From: Octopus sinensis
Lineage: Eukaryota
DNA length: 64,000 nucleotides
Assembly: GCF_006345805.1 (NCBI RefSeq)
Contig: NC_042997.1
Coordinates: forward strand, 83,328,001 to 83,392,000
Direction: 5' to 3'
Under the pieces are notes generated by a model that was given only the letters and a program-made list of their open reading frames with translations, did not search any database and was not told the origin of the DNA. The position numbers were made by a program, and so were the translations under genes. Of the stretch, positions 13,654-24,957 are shown one piece after another (the stretch's first letter is position 1; every line of letters starts with the position of its first letter).

Positions 13654-14035
13654 GGTAGTGTGATACTGATAGTCAATATTCTAACTGAATCACAGAAACA
13701 ATGTTTCCTCTGATTTTTAAAACTGATGATAACATCTATCAATCACAAATCTGATAGAAGAGAAGTGCCATCATTTTTCAAAGACAGGATGGGATTTGAA
13801 CTCAGTACACTGAGTCAGAACTGATGCCACAAGATATTTCATCCAATACTCTAACAACTCCACAAATCTACCAACACGGACGATACCTTATCAACTGAAA
13901 AAGGATGAAAGATAAACATGACCTTGGAAGGATTTGAACTCAAAGAGTAGGGAGTCAGAGCTCAACATTCTACTGACTCTGCAAATTTGCTGTCTATTTC
14001 TTATCAGACAATGTAATCCTAAATATACAGAAGTA

Positions 14036-15294
14036 TTGGGTCATCCCATAGAAAATGCAATTTTTTCAATTGCATGAACTAAAAGTTGGAAGGGGACAGG
14101 ATAAACTACCTGCATCAACTTATTTTGAAAGCAGGTAGTAATTTTACCTTGTACTCATTCTTAGTGCAAGTTTTGAAGAGTGCAGCTCGATTTTAACAGT
14201 TATTTTTTTCAAAGCTATAATGGAAGTGACAAAGAAGCATATTCAGCATATTTTGCTTTATGAATTCAATAAAGCAACAGCACAACAGAAAGTGCGAGGA
14301 ATATTAATGCAGTATATGGAGACCAGAGAATAAGTGTAAGCCAGTGTCAATGGTGGTTCCAGAAATTCCAAGCCAGCAACTGCAACCTAGAAGATGAGCC
14401 TCATGCTGGAGGATCTGTAAAACTCGATGAGGACATCCTGCAAACCCTGGTGAAAGAAAATCCCATCATAACTGTTGATGAACTAGCAGAGAAGCTTGAA
14501 TTTCATCATTCAACTATTCATCAATACCTGTGTGCCATTGGGGTAAGTCAGCAAATTGGGTCAATGGATTCCTCACAAACTTTCCAAGTCTAATTGCATG
14601 CAGAGAGTCAATGTGTGCTCGTCTTTGCTGTCATGTCTCACAAACGACCTGTTTTTGGACCAAATAGTGACTAGTGATGAGAAATGGGTTCTCTATAAAA
14701 ATGTCAAGCACCTAAGACAGTGGGTGGGGAAAGGAGAAACACCAGCATCCCAGACTAAAGAAGGTCTTCACTCATGTAAGCTGTTGTTATGTTTGGTGGG
14801 ATATGAAAGGTTTAGTCCACTTTGAACTTTTAAACCCAAACCAAATGATGAAGAAGATCTACTGTGAGCAGCTTGAGCAGCTTAAGTCAGTGCTAGAAGT
14901 AAAATGACTATCATTGGTTTCAAGATGAAAGGTGTTTTCCCATCAGCAAGGATGACATTCCAAAAGCTGGAGCAGTTTGAATGGGAAACAATGCCCCACC
15001 CACCATATTTACCAGGCACTGCCCCATCAGATTATCATTTATTCCACAGTTTTCAAAACCATTTGAATGGGAAAAATATGAATTCTGTAGACAAGGTCAG
15101 AACAGTAGTGGAGGAGTATTTTTTGTCACAGGTAAGTTAATTTTGGGAGAGGGGCCTCACAAATCTACCAGACAGATGGAAGAGCATTGTAGAAAATGAA
15201 AGAGATTATATTTGAGATTAAAATAGAACTTTGCTTTAATTTTGAAAAATAAAAGAAGTAATAAAAAAACTGCATTATTTATGGGATGACCCAA
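14036..15294 (+). mobile_element. Full-length degenerate mariner (DD34D-type) element
   Basis: TA-flanked TIRs TTGGGTCATCCCAT...ATGGGATGACCCAA; transposase motifs QWIPHKL, IVTSDEKW and HPPYLPGTAPSDYHLF with stops and frameshifts. Confidence 0.93.
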
Positions 15295-16686
15295 TATATC
15301 TAGAATGATCACAGAGGGAACAGCTTTGACAATAGATCAGCTTGGTCAGGGCTAAACAAACAACAAATTGTCTTTTATTTACTTTAGGTGGGGGAAGGCA
15401 GTGAGCTGACAGAATTGTCAGCATGCCACACAAAATGCTTAGCAGCATTTCGTCCAGCTTTATGTTCTGAGTTCAAATTCTGTCAGGATTAACTTTATCT
15501 TTCATCCTTTCAGGGTCAGTGAAATAAGTACTAATTGAGCACTGAGGTTGATGTAATCAATTTACCCAGTCTCCCAAAATTTCAGGCCTTGTGCCTATAA
15601 TAGATTTAATTTAGGTGGGGGTGGATATTTTAATTTCAAATATTGTATAAAATAGTACAAACAATGCTATTGCTGTTGTTGTTTGACTCAAGTCAGCAAC
15701 AATTTAGCAGATCTGTAATCAAAGGTACTGAAACCATGACTATCCCATCTTTTCTTAAGGAATGGTGTACTTTTGATCATGTTATCCAATGCATTGTTTT
15801 TCAGTGATAGATAAGAGGCAGTTTGAGAGAGGTTTGGCTGCTGTTTCTAACAGATTTAATAACATACCAGACAGGTACCCTTGGTGTTATGTTGGACAAC
15901 ATGGAACTGTTTCACAATAATTTCTAATTTAGTTTTCAGTAATTGTGAACTAAAAGAGCAGGTAATCGCTATGTGGAAATAATGCAAGACATTAAAACAA
16001 AATAAGTACTAATTTAACTAATCATAGCCGATAGGGTGAAGGGTGGAACAATTTAAAGCTTTCAAAGATGCACTTACAGTAGTAGTAGTAGTAGTGGTAG
16101 TAGTAATAGTAGTAGTAGAGCAGATGGTATCACTAGTGGTGGTGTGGTAGTAGTAGTAGTACAAGTGGAATCACTAATGGTAGTAGTGATGGTAGTAGTA
16201 GTAGTAGCAAGCAGAGAAGGGTTACTGGACTTGGATGAACAAACTAAACAAAGAAAACAAAATTTACAAAAAAAAATGCAAAAAGAACTGACAGAGAAAC
16301 TAATAACAACAAACAACAGTTAAAATAGCACAAACCACATGCCATCACTCATACAACAATGCAATATTGAATCAATGACTATAGCAACATCCACAGTATC
16401 TTTTTATATAGGATGGGGGTGAAAGGGTTAGCAAAAATAACAACAATATTAATAATAATAATAACAATAATAATAATGGCTTAAATATTGTAGATTTAAG
16501 ATATGGCAAAGCAAACAGTAGGCATTCCTCAGCCAGCAAATATCATTGAGCAAAAGTGCAAAAAGATTTGCAATAAATTGCACCACAGCACCACCAACAA
16601 CAACAATAATAACAACATATGGCAACAACAGTAACAGTAACAATAAAAATACTGGCTGCAGATCATATCTTTTCAGCAATACCTAC

Positions 16687-16709
16687 TTGGAACCAAATTA
16701 TCCGTGGAA
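16687..16709 (-). CDS. Candidate 23-nt phase 1->0 bridging microexon (VPRIIWFQ)
   Basis: ttatttttgttttgttttatcacag acceptor and CAA|gtaggt donor; restores the frame between exons 31125 and 2275. Confidence 0.35.
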
Positions 16710-16910
16710 CTGTGATAAAACAAAACAAAAATAATATACTATACACATGTGGAGATGTGTGTGTGTGTTTGTGTGTGTGTGTGAGTGTGTGCATTGTAAA
16801 TAATTCTTTCAAAATTCTAAAAATATTCATAACCAATGTAGGAAAAATGTGGCATTTGTAAAACCAAGATTCAATATAATGCATGCATGCACATAAATGC
16901 ATATGTGTAC

Positions 16911-16948
<38 letters not shown>

Positions 16949-16986
16949 TACATACACACACATATACACAAACACACTCCCATATA

Positions 16987-17203
16987 CAAGGGGGTGCTGA
17001 AAAGTTCCTGACTTTGGGTTAAAAGATATATGGGAGGATCAGTTAATTATGATTTTATAGAACATATTTCCTTCTCAGATGCACACACTTATTGCAGAAG
17101 CCCTTAAATTTTTCTAAGCCCTATAAAAGAACGCAGAATGTCAGGCCTCCAGCCAGGCCTTTCGCAATACCCTTATAGACAGGAATTTTTCAATACCCCT
17201 TCA
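16987..17203. mobile_element. Mariner-derived MITE
   Basis: TA-flanked TIRs CAAGGGGGTGCTGAAAAGTTCCTG / CAGGAATTTTTCAATACCCCTTCA. Confidence 0.7.
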
Positions 17204-17398
17204 TATACACACGCACACAAACACACACAAACAAGCAAGGGGACAAATGAAAAAAAGTAACACTCAACACATTTGATAGAAAGTACATATATTTTTAATA
17301 ACATAAGATATCTGATGGGATAGTCCATCATAACATGCCCAGAGTTGAGTCAAACTGTTATTAAACATAAATATAGATAAATGACTATATATGTGTGT

Positions 17399-17670
17399 GT
17401 GTGTATAATACAACCCTACAACATCTGTGACTACTGCAGAATCACTAGACCCCATAGTGATATAGAAGATATCTAGTGTATTTCCCAGTCCATAGTTTGT
17501 TATTAAATTTAATAACTACTATGGACTAGGAAAAATACACTGGACAATTTCAGTATTATTATGGAGTCTAGTGACTCTGCAGAAGTCACAGATCTTCTAA
17601 GGTTGTATTTACTACACAATATCAAAAAACAATTCTCTAATTTTCAAGGAGGTTTATATAGGGTTGACTA
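17399..17670. mobile_element. Head-to-head inverted Penelope-like RT fragments forming an imperfect hairpin
   Basis: Plus WTRKNTLDNFSIIMESSDSAEVTDLLRLYLLHNIKKQFSNFQGGLYRVDY; minus MGSSDSAVVTDVVGLY; centre near 17505. Confidence 0.7.
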
Positions 17671-17690
17671 CTTTTTCTTTATATATATAT

Positions 17691-17726
<36 letters not shown>

Positions 17727-17736
17727 AAGATAGACA

Positions 17737-18520
17737 GATAGATAAAATAAGAAATGGAGTTATATGCAGGTGGTTTTCAAATCTTTATACTTCCGATATA
17801 TGTTTCAAAGATAACATTGATATTATTCCAGGGGGAATAAATTGATGTAAAGGGACTTATGCTGCAAAATTACATTTTTCAATTTAGTGTTATTATTTGA
17901 ACTAAAATTTATATTATTACCATTATGACGTGTTTTCATATCCTGATTAATAGAGGTAGAATTAATGTCAATAGGGTTAATGTAGGTAATTTTTTCTTTA
18001 TAGCCTGCTTTAAGTAAGGCAGAGTTATAAAATTTGGCTTTATCGTTGGAGATATCAGCATTGGCAGATAATCTAGAAAGTCTAAGTGAAATATTTTTAA
18101 CTAAATTCCTTTTAATAGCCTTTGAATGATTACTGAAAGAGCTAATATATTTTAAATTAGTTGAGGGTTTATAGTATGGGAAATATCAATCATCATACAA
18201 GTTAAGAGTAATATCCAAAAAGTTGGCTTTAGTTATATCATCATCGAAAACAATGTGTAAGCCCATGTTTCGGAGAAATTTAACCAACCTATTTTTAACC
18301 CTTTGTAATTTTTGCTTAGAAATATTTTGAAAGTAGAGTAAATAACCGTCATGATATAAACCTCCATTGATGTTTGGGAATTTGGTCAGCCATCTCATAA
18401 AGGATATATATACCGACCAAATCAGACAGTTGTGCCGAATCAAAACTCCCCATCATGACATCAAATCTGTCAGGCATATCTTTATGGACCCAAAGCTTGT
18501 TTTCAAATTTAGGTCCACAA
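17737..18520 (-). mobile_element. Penelope-like element, RT core and thumb, endonuclease deleted
   Basis: LWVHKDMPDRFDVMMGSFDSAQLSDLVGIY...GGLYHDG...NFLDITLNL...YKPSTNLKYI...GYKEKITY. Confidence 0.85.
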
Positions 18521-18706
18521 ATAACGCAGAATGTCAGGCCTCCAGCCAGGCCTTTCGCAATACCCTTATAGACAGGAATTTTTCAACACCCCTTCATATA
18601 CAAAACACACACGCACACACACACAAACAAACAAGTGAGGGGACAAATGAAAAAAGTGACACTCAACACATTTGATAGAAAGTACATATATTTTTAATAA
18701 CATAAG

Positions 18707-20070
18707 CTTGACAGTTTTGATGTCATGATGGGAAGTTCTGACTACGCACAATTGGCTGATTTGGTCGGTATATTGACATTAATTCTACCTCTTTAATCAG
18801 GACATGAAAACATGTAACAGTAATAACAGCATAAATTTTAGTTCAAATAACAACACTCAATCAAAAAATGTAATTTTGCAGCATAAGGTTCTTTAAGTCC
18901 CTTTATACATAATAAAAATAAATCAAGGACTTTTAAAGATAATTACTTTAATAACAAGGTATGTCCTAGTAAAACTGTTTGGTTGATAATTCCATAAAGT
19001 AAGTAGATCAAATCCAACCTCCCTTACCAGTTTTGTGAAGCTATAAGAATTTCCCAAAAAATTCAAGATACCATTCCATTATCAATTCACAACGAATTAA
19101 AATAGGGTTTTCAAACACCAGAAACCTTTCATAAACCATCTCTTCGCATAACAATAAGTTGTTAAATATAAATCCATTTAATGAAAATAATAACATGGAT
19201 ATTATTAACACTAACCATAATAACAATAATAACAACAATATTAGTATTTCTGATATAAATTTGAATCATATTTGTTTCCTTAGCAGTAATTCTAAGACTA
19301 GAAACTCTGTCAATGTAAAATTTCTTCAAGTTCTGATGTCTTTTTTCACTTAGGTAGTTCTTCATCTCAGTTGTCAAAAAACATATCAAGAAACGCAACA
19401 ATACTGGGCTGAGTAAATCAATTTGGTCTTTAAAGGAACATAATAAACAATTTGATTTGGAATGGAATATTCTATCTATATCCTTTCCATATGATAAAGG
19501 GAAATCTTTTTGTCTATTCTGTAACAAAGAACAATATCTCATTCTGTTCTCGGAGAATTCTCTTCTAAACATGTTTAAAGAATGTGTTTATCATTGCAAA
19601 CATTGGGGAAAACATACCTTTAGTTCCTATTACTAATTTCTACCAATCTATAAAATCTGACCTTTAACTGTCTTCTTACATTTCATTTCCACTACATATA
19701 TCTATTTCCACACTTTTAAGCTTTATTCCCATTCATCTATCACACTATATTTCTCCACTCATAATTTTCTGTTAATTTCTTTCTTCCACCTCCTTCACCT
19801 TCTCTAAAATGCCTTTGACGTTAAATCTATTAATGGCTTTTTTAAAAAATAACTTGCCAGTATTCCCCTTCATCATATACACGATAATCACATTCGGTTA
19901 AAGTGGCTTATTGATGTGTTTTGTTTCTCTCCTTTTCCCTGGCGAGATGATTGCATTGTTTTACATCAATTTATTCCCTCTGGAATAATATCAATGTTAT
20001 CTTTGAAACATATGTCGGAAGTACAAAGATTTGAATAACACCTGCATTTAACTCCATTTCTTAATTTATC
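18707..20070 (+). mobile_element. Penelope-like element, RT core deleted, GIY-YIG-type endonuclease region retained
   Basis: FDVMMGSSDYAQLADLVGI, then linker, then KNFPKNSRYHSIINSQRIKIGFSN and KRNNTGLSKSIWSLKEHNKQFDLEWNIL...CLFCNKEQYLILF; the 3' segment matches 17740-17850 inverted. Confidence 0.8.
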
Positions 20071-20155
20071 TATGTTATACAAAAAAATTCACTTCACCCT
20101 GGTAACTATTTATTTATTTTTTCCATGTTATTTGTAAACATTGAAAAAAATACAC

Positions 20156-20221
<66 letters not shown>

Positions 20222-20504
20222 GAGGGCTCAGTAAAACAAAGTGTTAATCATGTAATATGGACACCTCTTGAGGCCTACTGGTGCCTTGCAAACCTTTTGG
20301 CAAATGGAACAAGGTGAGGATTCAGTTTGCTAGAGTGCTTGTGGATCATTTACTATGTGTTTTCTTGAGTGGATAGCAAGGCCTGCTTTGCGCTGTGCCA
20401 CAAAACCATATATATATATCAGTGCCCTTTCTGTTGTGAATTTTGCTACCCAGGTATCGGTTATCTTTCGAATTATCCGTAATAAGATAATTCATTTGTC
20501 TACT

Positions 20505-20726
20505 ATATAATATATATAGATACACACACATATATATATATATATACACACATATATATATATTATACACACACATATATATATATATATACACACACAC
20601 ATATATATATATATATACACACACATATATATATATAATACACACACATATATATATATATATTATATATATATATATATATATACCAACATATATATTA
20701 TATATATAATATATATACAACACCAC

Positions 20727-20795
<69 letters not shown>

Positions 20796-20813
20796 TATGA
20801 TATATATATATAT

Positions 20814-20862
<49 letters not shown>

Positions 20863-21093
20863 TAATATATATATATATACACACACATATGTATATATAT
20901 ATAATATATATACACACACACATATATATATATATACACACAACAATATATATATATATACACCACACACATATATATATATATATATACACACACACAT
21001 ATATATATATATATATACACACACACATATTATATATATAATACACACATATATATAGTATATATATATAACACACATATATAATATATATAT

Positions 21094-21134
<41 letters not shown>

Positions 21135-21294
21135 TATATATACACACATATATATATATATACACAACATATATATATATATATATTACACACATATATA
21201 TATATATATATATACACACATATTATATATATATATATATACACATTATATATATATTATATATACACACATATATATATATATATATATACAC

Positions 21295-21369
<75 letters not shown>

Positions 21370-21546
21370 TATATATTATATTATATAAACACACACACAC
21401 ATATATAATATATATATACACCACACACACATATATATATATATATATTACACAATACATATATATATTATATATATATATATAATACACACACACAATA
21501 TATAATTATATATATATATATACACACACATATATATATATATATA
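20505..21546. repeat. About 1 kb compound (TA)n/(CA)n microsatellite
   Basis: Read directly; produces the spurious CVYIYI ORFs in the track. Confidence 0.98.
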
Positions 21547-23735
21547 TTTTTACTCTTTTACTTGTTTCAGCCATCCGGCTGAGGCCATGCTGGGGCACCG
21601 CCCTTGTTGCTACCCTCTCTAAGTCCAGTTTGCCGTGGCTGGCCACTGATCTAAGAGAGAGTGTAGCTGCTGCCCTTAGGTTACCTTCGTACCTTGCAGT
21701 GGGTTCATCTGGGATCCCGGAAAGCAGCTTGTCTAGATGTTTTTGAAAATGTCCACATCCGCATCATGTAGATCTCTTAGTTTTCTTGGCAGTTTGTTGA
21801 ACAGCTGAGGGCCCCTGAACCCCAGGCTATTACAGTATCTGCTCCTTACCCTGGATGTGGAAGACGGGACCTTTGGCACCACACAGTGACGTCCTGTACG
21901 GGGATTGGAACAGCTCTCAATTCCAAAATTTGGTGCTAGTCCCTCCAGGATTTTCCATATGTATATCACTGCATATCTCTCTCGTCTTCGTTCCAAGGAG
22001 TACAAATTGAGTTCCCTAAGCCTCTCCCAATAGTTCTTTTCTTTCATGGTGGAAATCCTCTTGGTGAAATGTCTTTGGATTGTCTCAAGCTCTGTGGTTA
22101 GTTTGACACTATGCGGTGACCACAGTTGGGAGCAGTAGTCCAGGCGGCTTAGGACAAATGTCCTCCATAGTGTCAACATGGTCTCGCAGTCTCTTGTCCG
22201 GAATGTCCTCAGGATCCAGCCAGTGAGTCGTCTGCACATTGTCGCCACCTTCGCGATGTGTGAAGAAAAAAGATGCATCGTCACTCATGTCTATCCCCAG
22301 GTCCCGTATTGATTTCGATACTGGGATTTCGATCCCTCCTGGACCAGTATAGTTGTGTTGTAATGTATATGTGTTTACAGCTTGATATTGTAAGGCTTGA
22401 AATTTACCAGCATTAAATTGCATGTTGTTGTCTTCAGCCCATTTGTATATGGCATCCAGATTGTTGTAAAAGGTCAGCATCAGCTGGGTTTTTGATTGCC
22501 TGTGCTACCTTTGTGTCATCAGCATAGCTAGTGAGGGATGTTGTTTGTGCTACCAAGGGCATGTCAGAGAGCGCCACAAAAACAGCAAGGGTCCCAAGAC
22601 TGTGCCCTGTGGCACCCCGCTTGCTATTGGTGTCTTTCCCGAGAGGGCTCCATTGGCTGCAACCATCTGGCTTCTGTCCTTCAGGAAGTCATGTATCCAC
22701 TCACCTACTTTTCCTGTTATGCCGAGTCTGAGTAATTTGTGACATATCACTCGTGGTCGACTTTGTCAAAGGCCTTCGCAAAGGCGAGATATACCACATC
22801 TACCTGTGAGCGATCCAGTAGTTGTTTCAGTACCCAGTCGTAGTGTTGTAACAGCTGCGTAAGGCAGCTTCTTCCTGGGCGAAAGCCATGCTGTGTGTCA
22901 GTGAGACGGTTAGTTTCTTCGAGGAACGTGATCAGTTTTTTTCTGATGATTCGTTCCATGACCTTACTTATGTGTGACGTCAGGAGACTGGCCTGTAGTT
23001 TTTGGCCTCTGCTCTACTCCTCCTTTGTGGATAGGGCATATGGTGCCTTCTTTTAGCGCCCTGGGCAGTTACCGTTAGCCAAGGAACCACTGAAGAGCTT
23101 CTTCAGTGGTCCCGCTAGGGCATGCCTGCATGTCTTTAGGAGGACTGCTGGGAATCCATCTGGTCCAGCAGCTGAGTTTATTCTCATTTCTTCTATGGCA
23201 GATATTACATCCCTCTCTGTTATGTCTATGTGGTCGATGGTTGTTGTTTGGTTTTGGAGTGTTGTGGCATCAAAGAAAACTTCTGGGTTTGTGATTTGCA
23301 TGTGCCCCAGAGGGGATGTGAACACACTTTTATACTGTTCCTTTAGTATTTCACTTATCCCTTGGGGGTCCTCAGTTAGAGAGCCCTTTTTATCAAAGAG
23401 TGGGCCAATCTTGCAGTGTATGAGGTGGTTTCTTTCGCAAATTTAAAGAAGGCTTTAGGGTTTGTTTTAATATTCTCTATGGCCCTGGCTTCTCTCTCTG
23501 CCCTCTCCTTCTCATAGGAAAGTTTGAGTGCAGTTTCCGTTTCAAAAAGTTTCAGGTGGAGTCCCTCATTGTTTCTCTGCCGTGCATTCAGTTGCTTCGA
23601 GAGCTTAGCTCTTCGCCTCATAAGTATTTTCTGTCTCTGGGAATAACGTTCCTATGCCCACTGGCTTTTTTTCTCCGGGACAAACTTATGGATATGTTCT
23701 GTATTGTTGTCATGAAATGTTGGAAATGTGTGTGG
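21547..23735 (-). mobile_element. CR1/L2-group LINE, 3' 2.2 kb of ORF2 plus 3' UTR, truncated by the assembly gap
   Basis: QHGFRPGRSCLTQLL, FAKAFDKVDH, GVPQGTVLGPLLF, SYADDTK, LDYCSQLWSP and SLERRRER; broken mainly by frameshifts. Confidence 0.93.
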
Positions 23736-23835
23736 NNNNNNNNNNNNNNNNNNNNNNNNNNNNNNNNNNNNNNNNNNNNNNNNNNNNNNNNNNNNNNNNN
23801 NNNNNNNNNNNNNNNNNNNNNNNNNNNNNNNNNNN
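23736..23835. other. Assembly gap (100 N)
   Basis: Run of N; different elements on each side. Confidence 0.99.
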
Positions 23836-24360
23836 AGAGTGATAAAAATCAAACATCAAGTCAACATCATGGTGTTTCAAGTGATCACTAGTGATGGTGA
23901 CATTATGCCTCCATTCATCTTCCTACACAGCCTCAGACTCAACACAGAGGCCTATATCAAGTGCTAATCTGGGTCAACAGGGTGGCTGCTGGAAAACACT
24001 ATATCTGGCAACAGGACACTGCACCATGCCACACAAGCATGGCTTGTCGTGGCTGTCAGACAATTACTGAGACCACATCACCTCTAACACCCCAGACTGC
24101 AACCCCCTTGATTATTATGTGTGGGGTGCAGTTGAGTGAGACACCAACAAAACTCCTTGTAACACCAAAGATGAACTGAAGGCAAGGATTATGGCAGCAT
24201 TCATGAACTTAAACAAGGGGACCATCCAGAAGAGTTGTAGAAGATTCCAAAATCATCTGGAGACCATGTCTGAAGCCAAGGGCAATTTTATTAAATAAAT
24301 TTATTTCAAGATATTATTATATAATTTTGGTAAATGTATCTGTTAAAATGTGATGTCAGT
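23836..24360 (+). mobile_element. Tc1/mariner (maT/DD37D-like) transposase 3' fragment
   Basis: IMVFQVITSDGDIMPPFIF, WQQDTAPCH and a PDCNPLDYYVWGAV-like segment. Confidence 0.85.
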
Positions 24361-24729
24361 GTTAGTTTATTCATCGCAGTGGAATTTGAAAAAGTGGATC
24401 TCGTAGCAGAGAAAGTTATAAATTATAGCCTGTAAAAATAACCATTTGGATAGCAAAAGTCAAAGGCTACCCAATATATACACATTATTACTTAAAGTTT
24501 TTATCTGTTTTCCAATGCCCCACCCTCAAAAAAAAAATCATTTCACATTCTCTTGAAGTTTATAAATCTATATGATGTTAACAAGATATATATATATATA
24601 TATGTATGTATGTAGATATATATATACAGAGAAAGAGAGAGAGAAAGACGGAGAAAAATAGAGGGAGGGAGGGAGGGAAAGAGAGGCCAAAGTGTACATA
24701 TGTTGCTATATTTTAATATATAAAAAATG

Positions 24730-24944
24730 CAAAAATGGGACAAGAACACAAAACATCCAGACAGTTACGTGATACAAAAAAGGGACAACAAAACACCTGA
24801 AAGATAATCTGGAACTCTGACTGAGGATAGAAAACACTGAATGACCCATCCTTGTTTTCACTGTATTGTCTGTCTGGTTGTTTTGTTGTCCTTTTTTTGT
24901 ATCACCTAACTGTCTGGATGTTTTGCGTTCTTGTCCCATTTTTG
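24730..24944. mobile_element. Fold-back/MITE with about 65-bp terminal inverted repeats
   Basis: CAAAAATGGGACAAGAAC(A/G)CAAAACATCCAGACAGTTA(C/G)GTGATACAAAAAA is present on both strands. Confidence 0.8.
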
Positions 24945-24957
24945 TATTATATATATA

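Noticed and set aside
19162-19572. 136-aa minus-strand ORF that loosely resembles a Penelope RT motif
   Set aside because: The plus strand here gives a much better match to the PLE endonuclease; the minus ORF is antisense.
19970-20025. GAAAC-ATAT-GTC half-hammerhead in the Penelope 3' region (also inverted at about 17790-17830)
   Set aside because: CTGGAATAA replaces CUGANGA and helices I and II do not pair well.
20346-21496. Long 173-226 aa ORFs (CVYIYI...)
   Set aside because: Translations of TA/CA microsatellite; no coding signal.
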